Positions 53,177-63,500 of a stretch of 64,000 nt of DNA are shown here, piece after piece. A program made the position numbers and the translations under genes. The DNA is from Nitrososphaeria archaeon. Lineage in GTDB: Archaea; Thermoproteota; Nitrososphaeria; JACIWG01. The stretch lies in NCBI GenBank assembly GCA_963752255.1, contig CAVVXT010000012.1, forward strand, positions 64,001-128,000. Direction: 5' to 3'. Below the pieces are notes generated by a model. The model did no database searches. It saw nothing but the letters and a program-made list of their open reading frames with translations, and was not told the DNA's origin. Each line of letters starts with the position of its first letter. Positions within the stretch are counted from its first letter, which is position 1.

Positions 53177-54421
53177 ATGTACCCCAACATGGTAGATGTC
53201 AGACAATATTTTGATGCATCTCCAGCGATAGACTATAAAAATGTACTACTAGAGGAACTGAAAAACGCTGATCTTAAATCAGTCGTGAAACCGGGTGCAA
53301 GGGTCGCCATAACAGCTGGAAGTAGGGGAGTAACAAACATAGCTGATATTATAAAGACGATTGTCGAAGAGGTGAAGAAAGTTGGAGGGATTCCCTTTAT
53401 CATGCCTACGATGGGAAGCCACGGTGGCGCTACTTCTGAAGGCCAAGTCAGAGTTCTGAGCGACCTTGGTTTGACGGAGAGCTTTGCCGGCGCACCTATA
53501 ATGTCATCAATGGAGGTAAAAGAGGTAACTAGACTCGACAACGGTAAACCTGTCTATGTTTCAAAACCCGCTCTTGGAGCTGATGCGATTATAGTGGTTG
53601 GCAGGGTTAAGCCCCACACTGATTTTAAGGACGAAGTCGAGAGCGGCCTTATGAAGATGATGGTTATCGGCCTAGGCAAGCAGAAGGGAGCTCAGACATT
53701 TCATTCCAATGGAAGATATGGTTACCATAACTTGATCGTACAAACTGCAAGGAAGATCATGGAAAATGCCCCAGTCAAGCTTGGCATAGCTATAGTTGAA
53801 AACCAGTACCATGATACAGCCCTGATAAAAGCGCTTAAACCTCATGAGATAGAAAGAGAAGAAAGAAAACTTCTTGCCAAATCAAAGGAATGGATGATGA
53901 AGATCCCTTTCAACCAATTAGATCTGCTCATAGTGGAGAAGATGGGAAAGAACATCAGCGGTACAGGGATGGACCCAAATGTCACAGGTAGATTTGCATG
54001 GCCTGAAGAAAAACCAAAGGACCTACTCGACATAAGAATGATTGTGACACTTGATCTGACTAAGGAAACCGAAGGAAACGCGATAGGCGTTGGACTAGCA
54101 GATATAATAACGAAAAGGCTATTTGATAAAATAAACTTCAATGACACATACATGAACTCTTTGACTGCCGGCATGATCGGGATAATCGGAGCCAAGATCC
54201 CTACTGTGATGCCAACAGATCAGGACGCCATAGGGCTTGCACTGCGTCTCCTAGACAAGAAGAATGAAGAAGTTCGGATTATGCGTATTAAAAACACTCT
54301 TGAACTGGCTACATTCCAAGTATCGGAACCTCTAATCAACGAAGTAGAGAAAAATAAAAAACTTGAACTACAAGGTGAAATTGACGAGATGCAGTTCAAT
54401 ATTCTTGGAAATCTGGTATAG
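53177..54421 (+). CDS. LarA-like (lactate racemase domain / DUF362-type) protein
   Basis: AGSRG, MGSHGGAT, RVKPHT, SGLMKMMVIGLGK, GKNISGTGMD. Confidence 0.75.
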   Translation: MYPNMVDVRQYFDASPAIDYKNVLLEELKNADLKSVVKPGARVAITAGSRGVTNIADIIKTIVEEVKKVGGIPFIMPTMGSHGGATSEGQVRVLSDLGLTESFAGAPIMSSMEVKEVTRLDNGKPVYVSKPALGADAIIVVGRVKPHTDFKDEVESGLMKMMVIGLGKQKGAQTFHSNGRYGYHNLIVQTARKIMENAPVKLGIAIVENQYHDTALIKALKPHEIEREERKLLAKSKEWMMKIPFNQLDLLIVEKMGKNISGTGMDPNVTGRFAWPEEKPKDLLDIRMIVTLDLTKETEGNAIGVGLADIITKRLFDKINFNDTYMNSLTAGMIGIIGAKIPTVMPTDQDAIGLALRLLDKKNEEVRIMRIKNTLELATFQVSEPLINEVEKNKKLELQGEIDEMQFNILGNLV

Positions 54422-54480
54422 GGGATTCTCAAAGCTCTGTAGAGGGAATATAGTTATCATCGGTATCTGCAGGAGTATAG

Positions 54481-55455
54481 CTATCTTGCGGCATTTGTTA
54501 CGCCGTTTACGTGATAGCAGGATACAAGATGCCTGTCACCTTCGAGTTTTGGTTCCTTGGAGCGGCATAGGTCATCTGAATACGGACAGCGTGGACTAAA
54601 CTTGCAGCCTTTTATGACCCCATTTGATCCTTCAGGAGTACTATTGTAATTTGATACATCATATTTATTTGACATGTAAAGAGATGGAACAGAGGATATA
54701 AGTAACTTTGTATAGGGATGAAGAGGATTGTTGAAGACTTCATCGCTTCCACCTATTTCCACAAGCTCTCCTAGATACATGACGCCCACTCTATCGCTCA
54801 CATAACTAACAACGGAGAGGTTGTGGGAAATGAACAAATAGGATAAGCCGACTTTTTTCTGGATTTCAGTAAGTAGGTTCAGGATCTGAGCCTGTACGGA
54901 CACGTCGAGAGCCGAAGTCGGTTCGTCTAGGACAATAAATTCGGGTTCAGCTAAAATAGCTCTTGCGACAGCAACTCTCTGTTTCATCCCTCCACTTAAA
55001 TGGTGTGGGAACATGTCTATGACGTCAGGTCTAAGGCCGACGTCTCCGACAACACTCTTTATTCGGTCATAACAGTTCCCCTTGTAACGGCTGCATTCAA
55101 GACCCTCTAACAAAATTTTGCCAATCTTCATCCTCGGGTCCAGTGACGAGTCAGGGTTTTGGAAAACCACCTGCATTTTTCTTCTCGCTTCTTTGACGAC
55201 GCTCTTCTTAGCTTTCAACAGATCCAAGTCCTTAAAGAGCACCCTACCGGAACTCGGCTGTTCCAACCAGAGGAGAAGCCTCCCAAGTGTGCTTTTACCA
55301 CTGCCACTTTCACCAACAAGCCCGAAGACTTCTTTACTTCGAATTGAAATATTGACACCTTCGACAGCTTTAAGCACACTTGATTTAGTGGTAGAAACCT
55401 TAACGTCATAGAACTTTGATAGATTTTCTCCTCTAATGATTTCCGTAAATGTCAC
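54481..55455 (-). CDS. dppF: Peptide ABC transporter ATP-binding protein (OppF/DppF)
   Basis: GESGSGKS, LSGGMKQR, DEPTSALD, HPYT, C-terminal Cys motif. Confidence 0.92.
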   Translation of the reverse strand: MTFTEIIRGENLSKFYDVKVSTTKSSVLKAVEGVNISIRSKEVFGLVGESGSGKSTLGRLLLWLEQPSSGRVLFKDLDLLKAKKSVVKEARRKMQVVFQNPDSSLDPRMKIGKILLEGLECSRYKGNCYDRIKSVVGDVGLRPDVIDMFPHHLSGGMKQRVAVARAILAEPEFIVLDEPTSALDVSVQAQILNLLTEIQKKVGLSYLFISHNLSVVSYVSDRVGVMYLGELVEIGGSDEVFNNPLHPYTKLLISSVPSLYMSNKYDVSNYNSTPEGSNGVIKGCKFSPRCPYSDDLCRSKEPKLEGDRHLVSCYHVNGVTNAAR

Positions 55456-56411
55456 CTTACTTTATGACAAGCTATAAGCCTCCCCTCTATTGGCACAAGT
55501 TCGGGTTCATCGAGCCTACAATTTTCTTGCGCATACGGGCAGCGCGGACGAAACTTGCAACCTTCAGGAAGGTTGGACATGTCGGGTACGTTTCCGGGCA
55601 ATGGTTTAAGAATACCCCTTTGCCCTTTTGGAATACAGCTCATCAATGAGAGCGTGTACGGGTGTTTTGGGTTATTGAAGATGTCCTCTAAAGATCCCAT
55701 TTCAAGAATTCTTCCAGCGTACATTATCCCGATGTAATTGCAGACTTCTGCGGCGACGCCCATGTCGTGTGTTATCAAGATCATCGACAGGCCTTTGCTT
55801 TCTGAAAGGTTTCTGATAAGCTTCAGTATCTGATCCTGTATCGTTACATCAAGTGCAGAAGTTGGTTCATCGGCTATTACTAAACTAGGGTTAAGCGCTA
55901 TAGCCATGGCTATAACTATTCTCTGTTTCATCCCTCCACTTAGCTGGTGTGGATAGCACTCCATCCGCTTTTCTGGATCAGGTAGTCCAACTATTTTTAG
56001 AAGGTCTAAGCTTCTATGATATGCTTCCGATTTAGAAAAACCGTGTGATGTAAAGACCTCCATTACCTGTTCTCTGATACGCATGACTGGGTTAAGTGCT
56101 GATCCTGGATCTTGGAAAATGATTGAGATTTCAGAGCCCCTCATCTTCCTAATCTCTTCTTCCTTGAGCTTAAGTAAATCCAAATCTTCAAACAGGGCTT
56201 CTCCTGCAATCTCTGCTGAACAAAGCCTGATAATGGAGAGACCTAAGGTGCTCTTGCCGCTTCCACTTTCCCCTACTATAGCAAGCCTGTCGCCCTTCTT
56301 AAGAGTGAAACTAACTCCATCAACGGCTCTTATTATAGAACCACTTAGCTTATAGTTGACTTTTAGATTGCGAACATCGAGCAGAACACTATTTGACTGC
56401 AATGACCTCAC
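55452..56411 (-). CDS. dppD: Peptide ABC transporter ATP-binding protein (OppD/DppD)
   Basis: GESGSGKS, YPHQLSGGMKQR, DEPTSALDVT. Confidence 0.92.
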   Translation of the reverse strand: MRSLQSNSVLLDVRNLKVNYKLSGSIIRAVDGVSFTLKKGDRLAIVGESGSGKSTLGLSIIRLCSAEIAGEALFEDLDLLKLKEEEIRKMRGSEISIIFQDPGSALNPVMRIREQVMEVFTSHGFSKSEAYHRSLDLLKIVGLPDPEKRMECYPHQLSGGMKQRIVIAMAIALNPSLVIADEPTSALDVTIQDQILKLIRNLSESKGLSMILITHDMGVAAEVCNYIGIMYAGRILEMGSLEDIFNNPKHPYTLSLMSCIPKGQRGILKPLPGNVPDMSNLPEGCKFRPRCPYAQENCRLDEPELVPIEGRLIACHKVR

Positions 56412-57211
56412 CTATTCTGTCTCCAATCCTGTTGAATGAAAATACTACAAGAAATACGGCAAGTCCTGGGAAAATAATTATGTGGGGCGCAAAGAACATA
56501 TACGCACTTCCCGTACCCAGCATCGTCCCCCATTCTGGCTGGGGCGGTGGAATACCTATGCCTAAGAAACCAAGGCCTGAAACAAAAAGAATTGTGGTTC
56601 CAAGATTCAAAGTCACTTGGGCGATCAGTGTGGGAGAAATATTTGGAATAATGTGTCTCATCATTACTTTCATATTTCTGACGCCTAGTTGTTTTGCTGC
56701 CAAGACATATTCCAGTTCCTTCACCTGCAACGTCAACCCTCTTAGCCATCCTTATATACGATGGGATCATAGACAGAGATACTGAAACTATTACTGTAGT
56801 TAGGTTATTGCCCATGATTGCGATGAACATTATAGCAAGCAAGAGACCCGGCAGTGCCAGAAGTATGTCTGTTAGCCTTTGAAAAACCATATCTACAGCG
56901 CCACCATAAAAACCGGAAAAAACTCCCCCAACTATTCCCACTGCGCCGCTTACTATCGTAGCTGCGAACGCTATAGCGAGCGTCAACCTTGCGCCGTAGA
57001 TAACTCTACTCAAGATGTCTCTTCCTAGTTCATCGGTGCCAAATGGATGGGATAAACTGGGAGACTGGCAACTCTGCGAAAGATTTGTAGCTAAAGGATC
57101 GTAGGGTGCAATAAAGTTAGCAAATAAACCCATTACTATGAAAGCTGACAATATGAGCACGCAAACAAGGACCATCTTGTATCTTAGAACTTCCTTTATA
57201 GTGGAAATCAT
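56389..57211 (-). CDS. dppC: Peptide ABC transporter permease (OppC/DppC), frameshift near 56740
   Basis: HPFGTDELGRDILSR, with EYVLAAKQLG...HIIPN and LGFLGIG..PP.PEWG in the second frame. Confidence 0.9.
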
Positions 57212-58134
57212 TTGAGCCTCACCCGAGGGTCGACAACCGTATAGATGACATCAACAGCAAGGTTAACCAGAGCATAAAAAAGGGCGAAAATGAATATGGA
57301 ACCTTGCACCATAGGGTAGTCTCGGGAGTTTATTGAATCGACAATCAACCTTCCGAGTCCGGGCCAAGCGAAGACGTTCTCCGTAATAACAGCCCCGCCG
57401 AGCAGGGCACCAAATTGTAGGCCGACTATGGTTATGACCGGGATTAGCGCATTTCTAAGAATATGCTTGTAAAGCACAACCCTTTCACTTAAACCTTTGG
57501 ATCTTGCTGTTATTACATAGTTCTTCTCCATCGTATCAATTACACTGGCTTTGGTTATCTTTACGACAAAAGCCATCAGATAGAGTGCTATGGTAACAGT
57601 TGGCAAGATATAATTTGCAGGGGAACCGGTTCCACCTGCTGGGAGAATATGTAAGCTTACGGCGAATATCATTATCAATATCAACCCAAGCCAATAAATT
57701 GGCAATGAAATACCAACGATTGAAAAAGATGAAATTAAAGTATCGAAAAAGGTGTTTTTTCTTGATGCCGCAAAAACCCCTAATGGAATACCTAGAATAA
57801 CCACTAGGATGGTGCCTCCTAAGGCTAAGGAGAGTGTGTATGGAAACCTTGAAAGAACTTCTGTGAGAACGGGAGATTGTGTCCTTGCTGAGACACCCAG
57901 ATTGAATGTGAATAGGTTACTCATATAAATAAAATACTGTACATAAATGGGTTTATCAAGGCCAAGCTGCTGTCTAAGAACTGCAACATCTTGTGGACTT
58001 GCCATAAGACCGGCTAGCGCTCTAGCAGGGTCCCCTGGTATAAGCCTGACAAGAATGAAAAGGAATGTAACTAAACCTATCAGAGTGGGTATGAGAATCA
58101 GGAGCCTTTTAAAAAAATAGGAGAGGGCTGACAG
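57208..58134 (-). CDS. dppB: Peptide ABC transporter permease (OppB/DppB)
   Basis: In-frame extension upstream of the ORF-track start (KRLLILIPTLIG...PGDPA), TARSKGL, ITENVFAWPGLG, RDYP. Probable CTG/ATA start. Confidence 0.9.
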   Translation of the reverse strand: MSALSYFFKRLLILIPTLIGLVTFLFILVRLIPGDPARALAGLMASPQDVAVLRQQLGLDKPIYVQYFIYMSNLFTFNLGVSARTQSPVLTEVLSRFPYTLSLALGGTILVVILGIPLGVFAASRKNTFFDTLISSFSIVGISLPIYWLGLILIMIFAVSLHILPAGGTGSPANYILPTVTIALYLMAFVVKITKASVIDTMEKNYVITARSKGLSERVVLYKHILRNALIPVITIVGLQFGALLGGAVITENVFAWPGLGRLIVDSINSRDYPMVQGSIFIFALFYALVNLAVDVIYTVVDPRVRLK

Positions 58135-58150
58135 TATCTTACACCTGTCA

Positions 58151-59795
58151 TCATGAAATTGTTACTTTTCTGATGTCAAATGTTTCATAGGGACTGATGA
58201 TTAACCCATGAATTTTGCTGCTTGTCACGATAACGAATTTTTGACTGTATAGGAATATCCATGGGGCATCATCCCATATGCCCTTCTGCGCGATAGCGTA
58301 CATTTGTAGCCTATAGGTACTATTACTCGATTGCCTACCTTGTTCAAGAGCCCAGTCTACGGTTGCGTTCTTGTAGAACATTGTGTTAAATTTGCCTGGT
58401 GCCCATTGAGATGAGTCGAATACTGGGTAGAGCATCTGATCTGCGTCTGGAACAGTCATAGCATATCCTATCAAGGTCAGATCCCAGGTGGTTGAAGTTG
58501 CGTTACCTCCCATCAGTTGGCTGACGAAGGTTGGCCAGTCTGGAGTAGATATTGTCACATTTATTCCCACCTTTGCCAAGCATGGACTGTATTGCTTGAC
58601 CAACTTGTGTGTCAAAAAGGTATCTGCCTGTTGGACACAGCATGTTCAGCGTAAACCCGTTTGGATACCCTGCAGCAGCAAGCAGTTCTTTAGCTTTCGT
58701 AACGTTGTATTCGTACTGTTGTTGAGGTGAATAACCGAAAAACGATGTCGGTACCGTGCTATTGACAACTGTTCCCAAGTTGAAGAGGACGTACTTGACT
58801 ATGGCGTTCTTATCGATTGCGTAGTTTAGGGCTTGTCTGACCCTTACATCCTTGAGTGGACCTTTCTGTGTTTCTATGTTAACACACAGCATTCTTGAAC
58901 TGTCTGCTGCTAGTACTTTGACGCCGGCTGTCGTGTTCAGTTTAAGAATGTCTGTTGGAGGAGGGGACAGTATCATATCTAGGTCTCCCGAAAGCAACAT
59001 AGCTTCCCTTGTCGTAGCATCGGGTACGATCACCCATTTGACTTGGCCAAAAGCCGCAGGCCCACCCCAATATTGGTCAAACCTTGTAAAGGTTATATGA
59101 TCACCTTTAACCCATTCCTTGAACATAAAAGGCCCTGTACCCAGACCAGCAAGAGAGCTTTTAATACCTGCTACACCGAGTTTTGCGTAAGATGAAGGCG
59201 ACATTATTGGAAACTCCGAAGTAGCCATAATAAAGGGAGCGAACGGGTATTTTAGGTTGAATTGAACCGAATATGTACCTGTAATTTCTGTTGAATTAAG
59301 GCAGGCAATTGAACTTCTCATAGGAACTGTTACGTTAGGGTTCAGAACTCTATCAAACGAGAACTTGACAGCTGTTGCATTAAAGTCAGTGCCATCCTGG
59401 AACTTGACGTTCTTTCTGAGTTGGACATCAACTTTGAGACCGTCAGAGGATACTGTATAGCTTTCGGCGAGGAGGTTCACGACTCTTCCATTTTGGTCGT
59501 AGTAGAACAAAGGTTCAACTGCGAATTGAATTATGTTCACAATGGTCGTCGTAGTTTGACCATCGGGATCTATAGTATCAGGGTCTGTACCTATACCTAT
59601 CCGTAGGTTAGTCGAAGTTGAATTAGAGCTTGATGTTGGAATGGTCGACATACTCGTGGAAGTCGAAGTAGAAGAAGTTGTGGTATTCATCATTCCCGAA
59701 AGGTAAATGGCTGCAACTCCAGCAATCACAATAATAACTGCTGCTGCAATAACCAACATCTTATTCAAAGCTTTCATCTGTCTATTGGTTGACAT
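58151..59795 (-). CDS. dppA: Peptide ABC transporter substrate-binding protein (family 5), frameshift near 58575
   Basis: N-terminal TM, Ser/Thr linker, FQDGTDFNA.AVKFS, GTGPF, VRQALNYAID, AKELLAAAGY. Confidence 0.9.
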
Positions 59796-59798
59796 TGT

Positions 59799-61064
59799 TT
59801 AGAAACCCCTCTTTGCGTTTATCGCACCTTCTTTAACGACGAGCCTAATGTTGTCCCTCTTCTGGAGTAGACCGATATCATCTAGAGGGTTTCCATTAAC
59901 TGCTATCAAGTCCGCGAACTTGCCTGCTTCAAGTGTCCCCGTCATGTTTGTAAGCGCACACGCTTGAGCTCCGGTCTTGGTTGCAGCAACTATCGCCTCC
60001 ATGGGTGTAAAATTGCATTTTTCTACCAGCAGTTGCAGTTCCATGGCGTTGCTTCCGAACTTTAACATTGGACTTCCAACGAAATCTGTTCCCGTGGCTA
60101 TTTTGACTCCACGTTTCTTTGCTGCAGAAATATTTTTTACATGGTCTTCGATTACTTCCATAGACTTCTTCAAACCCCATTCTGGAGTCCCAGCTTCTCT
60201 GCCCTTTGTTATCAGCTGGTGAACGATAGATAGAGTTGGAACAACGATCGCATCCTTTTCAACCATCATCTTCGAAGCTTCTTCGTCGATGTATATTCCG
60301 TGCTCGATTGTTTTAACACCTGCGACGAGGGCGTTCTTGATTCCTTTCGCACCCTGTGCGTGAGAGGCTACAAATGTGCCTACTTTCCTGGCTTCGTTTA
60401 CTATTGCACCTATCTCCTCTATCGTGAATTGTTCGTCGTTTGGCTTGTCTCTTTCAGACATAACACCTCCAGTAGAGCATATTTTTATGAAGTTCGCACC
60501 CTCTCTTAGCGCTAGTCTGGCAGCTCGCATGCATTCAGGGACACCGTCGCAAATAATACTGCCCATACCTTGTTTATACTCACTCCTCCTTTTTGCTATC
60601 TCAAGAGAAAAGAAATGTTCGTCGCCATGGCCGAAGGTTTGAGTAAGCACCCTTCCCGATGCGACGATTCTAGGTCCCCTTGTTATGCCGGCTTCAACCG
60701 CCATTCGAAGATAGGGACCGTTAATTCCTCCACAGTCTCTAACAGTTGTGAAACCTGCATCAAGTAGATCCTGTATATCGTAAATAGCTTTTATGAGCAG
60801 AAGCTCTGTTGGTCTTACTACAGTCTCCTCTACCCATTTGTCAGTCCAGTGACCGCCGATATGTAGGTGTGAGTCGATCATGCCCGGCATAACGGTGAAA
60901 TTTCCTGCATCTAAAACTTCAATGGATGAATCCACGCGCTTCGATATTGAATCAATTTTTCCATTGTTTATGACAACAAAGACATCGTGCAAAGGTGTAT
61001 TACCAGTACCGTCTATTAACAGCCCAGATTTTATAGCGTATTTAGTTCTTTTTTTATCGGACAT
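59799..61064 (-). CDS. Metal-dependent amidohydrolase (Xaa-Pro dipeptidase-like)
   Basis: PGMIDSHLH, GFTTVRD, IKICSTGG, ASHA, IEHG, GTD, GKFAD. Confidence 0.9.
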   Translation of the reverse strand: MSDKKRTKYAIKSGLLIDGTGNTPLHDVFVVINNGKIDSISKRVDSSIEVLDAGNFTVMPGMIDSHLHIGGHWTDKWVEETVVRPTELLLIKAIYDIQDLLDAGFTTVRDCGGINGPYLRMAVEAGITRGPRIVASGRVLTQTFGHGDEHFFSLEIAKRRSEYKQGMGSIICDGVPECMRAARLALREGANFIKICSTGGVMSERDKPNDEQFTIEEIGAIVNEARKVGTFVASHAQGAKGIKNALVAGVKTIEHGIYIDEEASKMMVEKDAIVVPTLSIVHQLITKGREAGTPEWGLKKSMEVIEDHVKNISAAKKRGVKIATGTDFVGSPMLKFGSNAMELQLLVEKCNFTPMEAIVAATKTGAQACALTNMTGTLEAGKFADLIAVNGNPLDDIGLLQKRDNIRLVVKEGAINAKRGF

Positions 61065-61079
61065 TTGTAAATCAGACCT

Positions 61080-61108
61080 ATTTAAACATTGTATATAAAC
61101 GTTTAAAT
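61080..61108. promoter_or_regulatory. Inverted repeat flanking a TATA-like element upstream of the amidohydrolase-ABC operon
   Basis: ATTTAAAC-N13-GTTTAAAT enclosing tatataaa. Confidence 0.3.
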
Positions 61109-61275
61109 GGTATATATTGATAAAAATTTTAATTATTTGACGATTAAAGAAAAAAAATAAACTTTATTGTTATAACCGGCCTTCCAAGAAATTAACATGT
61201 TTAAGTTAAATATGTTCCTATCTATCTACGCATTAAACTAATACTTGTAAAAGAAAATAATTATATCGCTAAAAC

Positions 61276-62670
61276 CTAATCAGATACATATATTACTCTG
61301 AGATCTTGAACATTTGTTCCAGTGCTACCGGTATAAATTAAATCCTCAAGCTTTGCTAGAGCCTGGTACGAATTATGGTCCTCTAACGCTTTATAGATGT
61401 CGACATTAAGCTCTCTAGCCCTCTTAACAGTAAATCCATCAGAAATGCCCCCAGCCACTTCGGTCGGTCCATCAGTGCCATCAGAGTCAACACTTCCTAC
61501 AGTTATTTTATCGCTTCCTTCTATCCTGGTTGCTGAAGCCAAAGCAAATTCCTGATTGCGGCCACCCTTAACATCCTTTCTTACATACCTACCCATAGTC
61601 ACAATCAATTCACCTCCCGATATAAGCACACATGGGGGTTTGAAAGGTCTTTTACGCTGTTCAACCTCACGTGCAATGCTCGCAAGTGTTCTCGCCGCAT
61701 CCTTTGCTTCAGCACTTACTCTCTGAGCCAAGATCACGCTTCTTATCCCCATCTCCTCCGCCTTTCTCCTTGCACCCAGAAGCATATACTCAGCTGTCAT
61801 GACAACAGATTTTCTAAAATACACTTTAGAGAACTCTTCCCTGCTCGGAAGTTCATACCTCGGATCTGCCCGCTCAAATAGAGACTTTACTGAACGAGGA
61901 AGTTCGTCCCACGCGCCATATTTTTTCACAACATTTATCGCGTCCTTGAACGTCGAGTAGGGTTCAGCATATGATAGTGTTTCTTCTGGCCAGAGTTCGT
62001 TAGTCAAAATATAGATGTATTTGGCTGGATAGACGTACATGTTTATTCTGCCTCCGCCTAACATCGAGAGATGATGCCTTACAACATTTAACTCCCAAAT
62101 AGGTATACCTCGATCATAATATAGTAGAAGATAAGTTTTGGCGAGATCTTCTATACTGACCTCTGGCGGTGGCAGAGCACTCAACGAAGTTGCACCGCCA
62201 GATCCCACATATATTACAATATCGTCTTCGGTAGCTTTCTCAGCTATCTGCCTTATGCGTTCAGCACCTTCCACCGAGTCTTCATCGGGTAGAGGATGGC
62301 CGGCAAAGGTTACTTCAATTTTCTTAAGGTCACTGCATTCCCCTTTTTTTATATTTATGTGGCCCTCCGTAAGTCTATTTCCTAACACTTCCTCGAATAC
62401 TTTAGCCATCCTTTGGACAGCTTTCCCAGCACCTATAACGTAGATGTTCTTTACCTCTGAAAGATCGAAAACATCTGATCCTATCGTCAGTTTCCCATTC
62501 TTTATATGAACTATCTTACGGGTGTTAGGGTAAGGGTCCGCTGATCTTAATCCTTCCTCAAGAATTTGTATAACGATTTTGCGCCCTTCAATGTTTCCGT
62601 GTGAAGAAAGGATGTTAGAATTCTTGATAGGGTTAGATAGGCTTACAGATCCTTGGACCCTTGAAGGCAT
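61276..62670 (-). CDS. Glycerate 2-kinase-like (DUF4147/MOFRL) protein
   Basis: GAGKA, AGHPLPD, SGG, GGRNQE, DSDGTDG, TGTNV.D motifs. Confidence 0.88.
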   Translation of the reverse strand: MPSRVQGSVSLSNPIKNSNILSSHGNIEGRKIVIQILEEGLRSADPYPNTRKIVHIKNGKLTIGSDVFDLSEVKNIYVIGAGKAVQRMAKVFEEVLGNRLTEGHINIKKGECSDLKKIEVTFAGHPLPDEDSVEGAERIRQIAEKATEDDIVIYVGSGGATSLSALPPPEVSIEDLAKTYLLLYYDRGIPIWELNVVRHHLSMLGGGRINMYVYPAKYIYILTNELWPEETLSYAEPYSTFKDAINVVKKYGAWDELPRSVKSLFERADPRYELPSREEFSKVYFRKSVVMTAEYMLLGARRKAEEMGIRSVILAQRVSAEAKDAARTLASIAREVEQRKRPFKPPCVLISGGELIVTMGRYVRKDVKGGRNQEFALASATRIEGSDKITVGSVDSDGTDGPTEVAGGISDGFTVKRARELNVDIYKALEDHNSYQALAKLEDLIYTGSTGTNVQDLRVIYVSD

Positions 62671-62740
62671 CGTTTTTCAATTTCTAATAATGCTTATAAA
62701 CTTTAGATGGAGGAGAAGCAGAAAATAGTGTGCGAAAATT

Positions 62741-63433
62741 CTATTTTTGGTGAAAGATAATCTTTAAAGCCTTTTTCGATTCATTTATCATATCATTTAA
62801 AGCCTCAAACGCTCTACCAACGTCTTCATTTTTCACTAGAATAACAGTATCAGTATAAGAACTTGTAGTATCTTCAATGTTGACACCCGATGTGAAAAGC
62901 TTTTCATATATCGATATCGCACACCCGGGAACATCTGTAATATCGGGTGGACTGCCTACAATTATTGCCGCAAGTCCTTTCCGGAATTCTAACGAAGAGC
63001 CTTTACCTAAGAAGTCCCAGGCATCCATCGATTGATCTTCGTCCATGATTATAGTTATTGCGGAAGTTCCTAAAGAAATATGTATAATAGAGTGTAAGAA
63101 TTTTCTTATGAATTCTGTAAATCTGATCATCATCGCTCTCGTCTTTTCAACAGTTATCTTTGCGACACCTGTTTTGACGGAAATGTCGCTGTCTGCTAAT
63201 ATCATAATAACATTCTTACTCATCTGTGGGATAGATGGTTTGAACCTCTTAAGCGCGGTGACTATACTCTGATATTCAGCATCATACCCCACTCTCTTGT
63301 CAACCATTGGCTTTATCATCCTAGCAATCGCGCTATAGTTGGAATATCCTCCTTTAATTGAAGCCTGAATGAAAATGTCATTTGAAACTATATCTTTTAC
63401 GCTTAAAGTTATGCTTTGACCAATTTTGGTCAT
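62741..63433 (-). CDS. ACT-domain protein with N-terminal helical (putative DNA-binding) domain
   Basis: NYSAIAR, IVTALKR, C-terminal ACT-like DVPG...GVNIED..SSYTD. Divergent from argG. Confidence 0.7.
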   Translation of the reverse strand: MTKIGQSITLSVKDIVSNDIFIQASIKGGYSNYSAIARMIKPMVDKRVGYDAEYQSIVTALKRFKPSIPQMSKNVIMILADSDISVKTGVAKITVEKTRAMMIRFTEFIRKFLHSIIHISLGTSAITIIMDEDQSMDAWDFLGKGSSLEFRKGLAAIIVGSPPDITDVPGCAISIYEKLFTSGVNIEDTTSSYTDTVILVKNEDVGRAFEALNDMINESKKALKIIFHQK

Positions 63434-63500
63434 AATTATTTCCAATTGGACAAAAATAACCAAAAAATATATAAACTTACCTATTGGAAGCAAAAATCCT

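Noticed and set aside
777-59795. About 14 single-base frameshifts (homocitrate synthase x3, aqpZ, epimerase, Lrp, HEAT, Usp, rhodanese, tdh start, transaldolase x2, dppC, dppA) as programmed frameshifting or mass pseudogenisation
   Set aside because: They are a mix of +1 and -1 indels with no shared slippery motif, in otherwise undegraded genes. This is best explained as low-coverage long-read consensus errors. Read polishing would decide.
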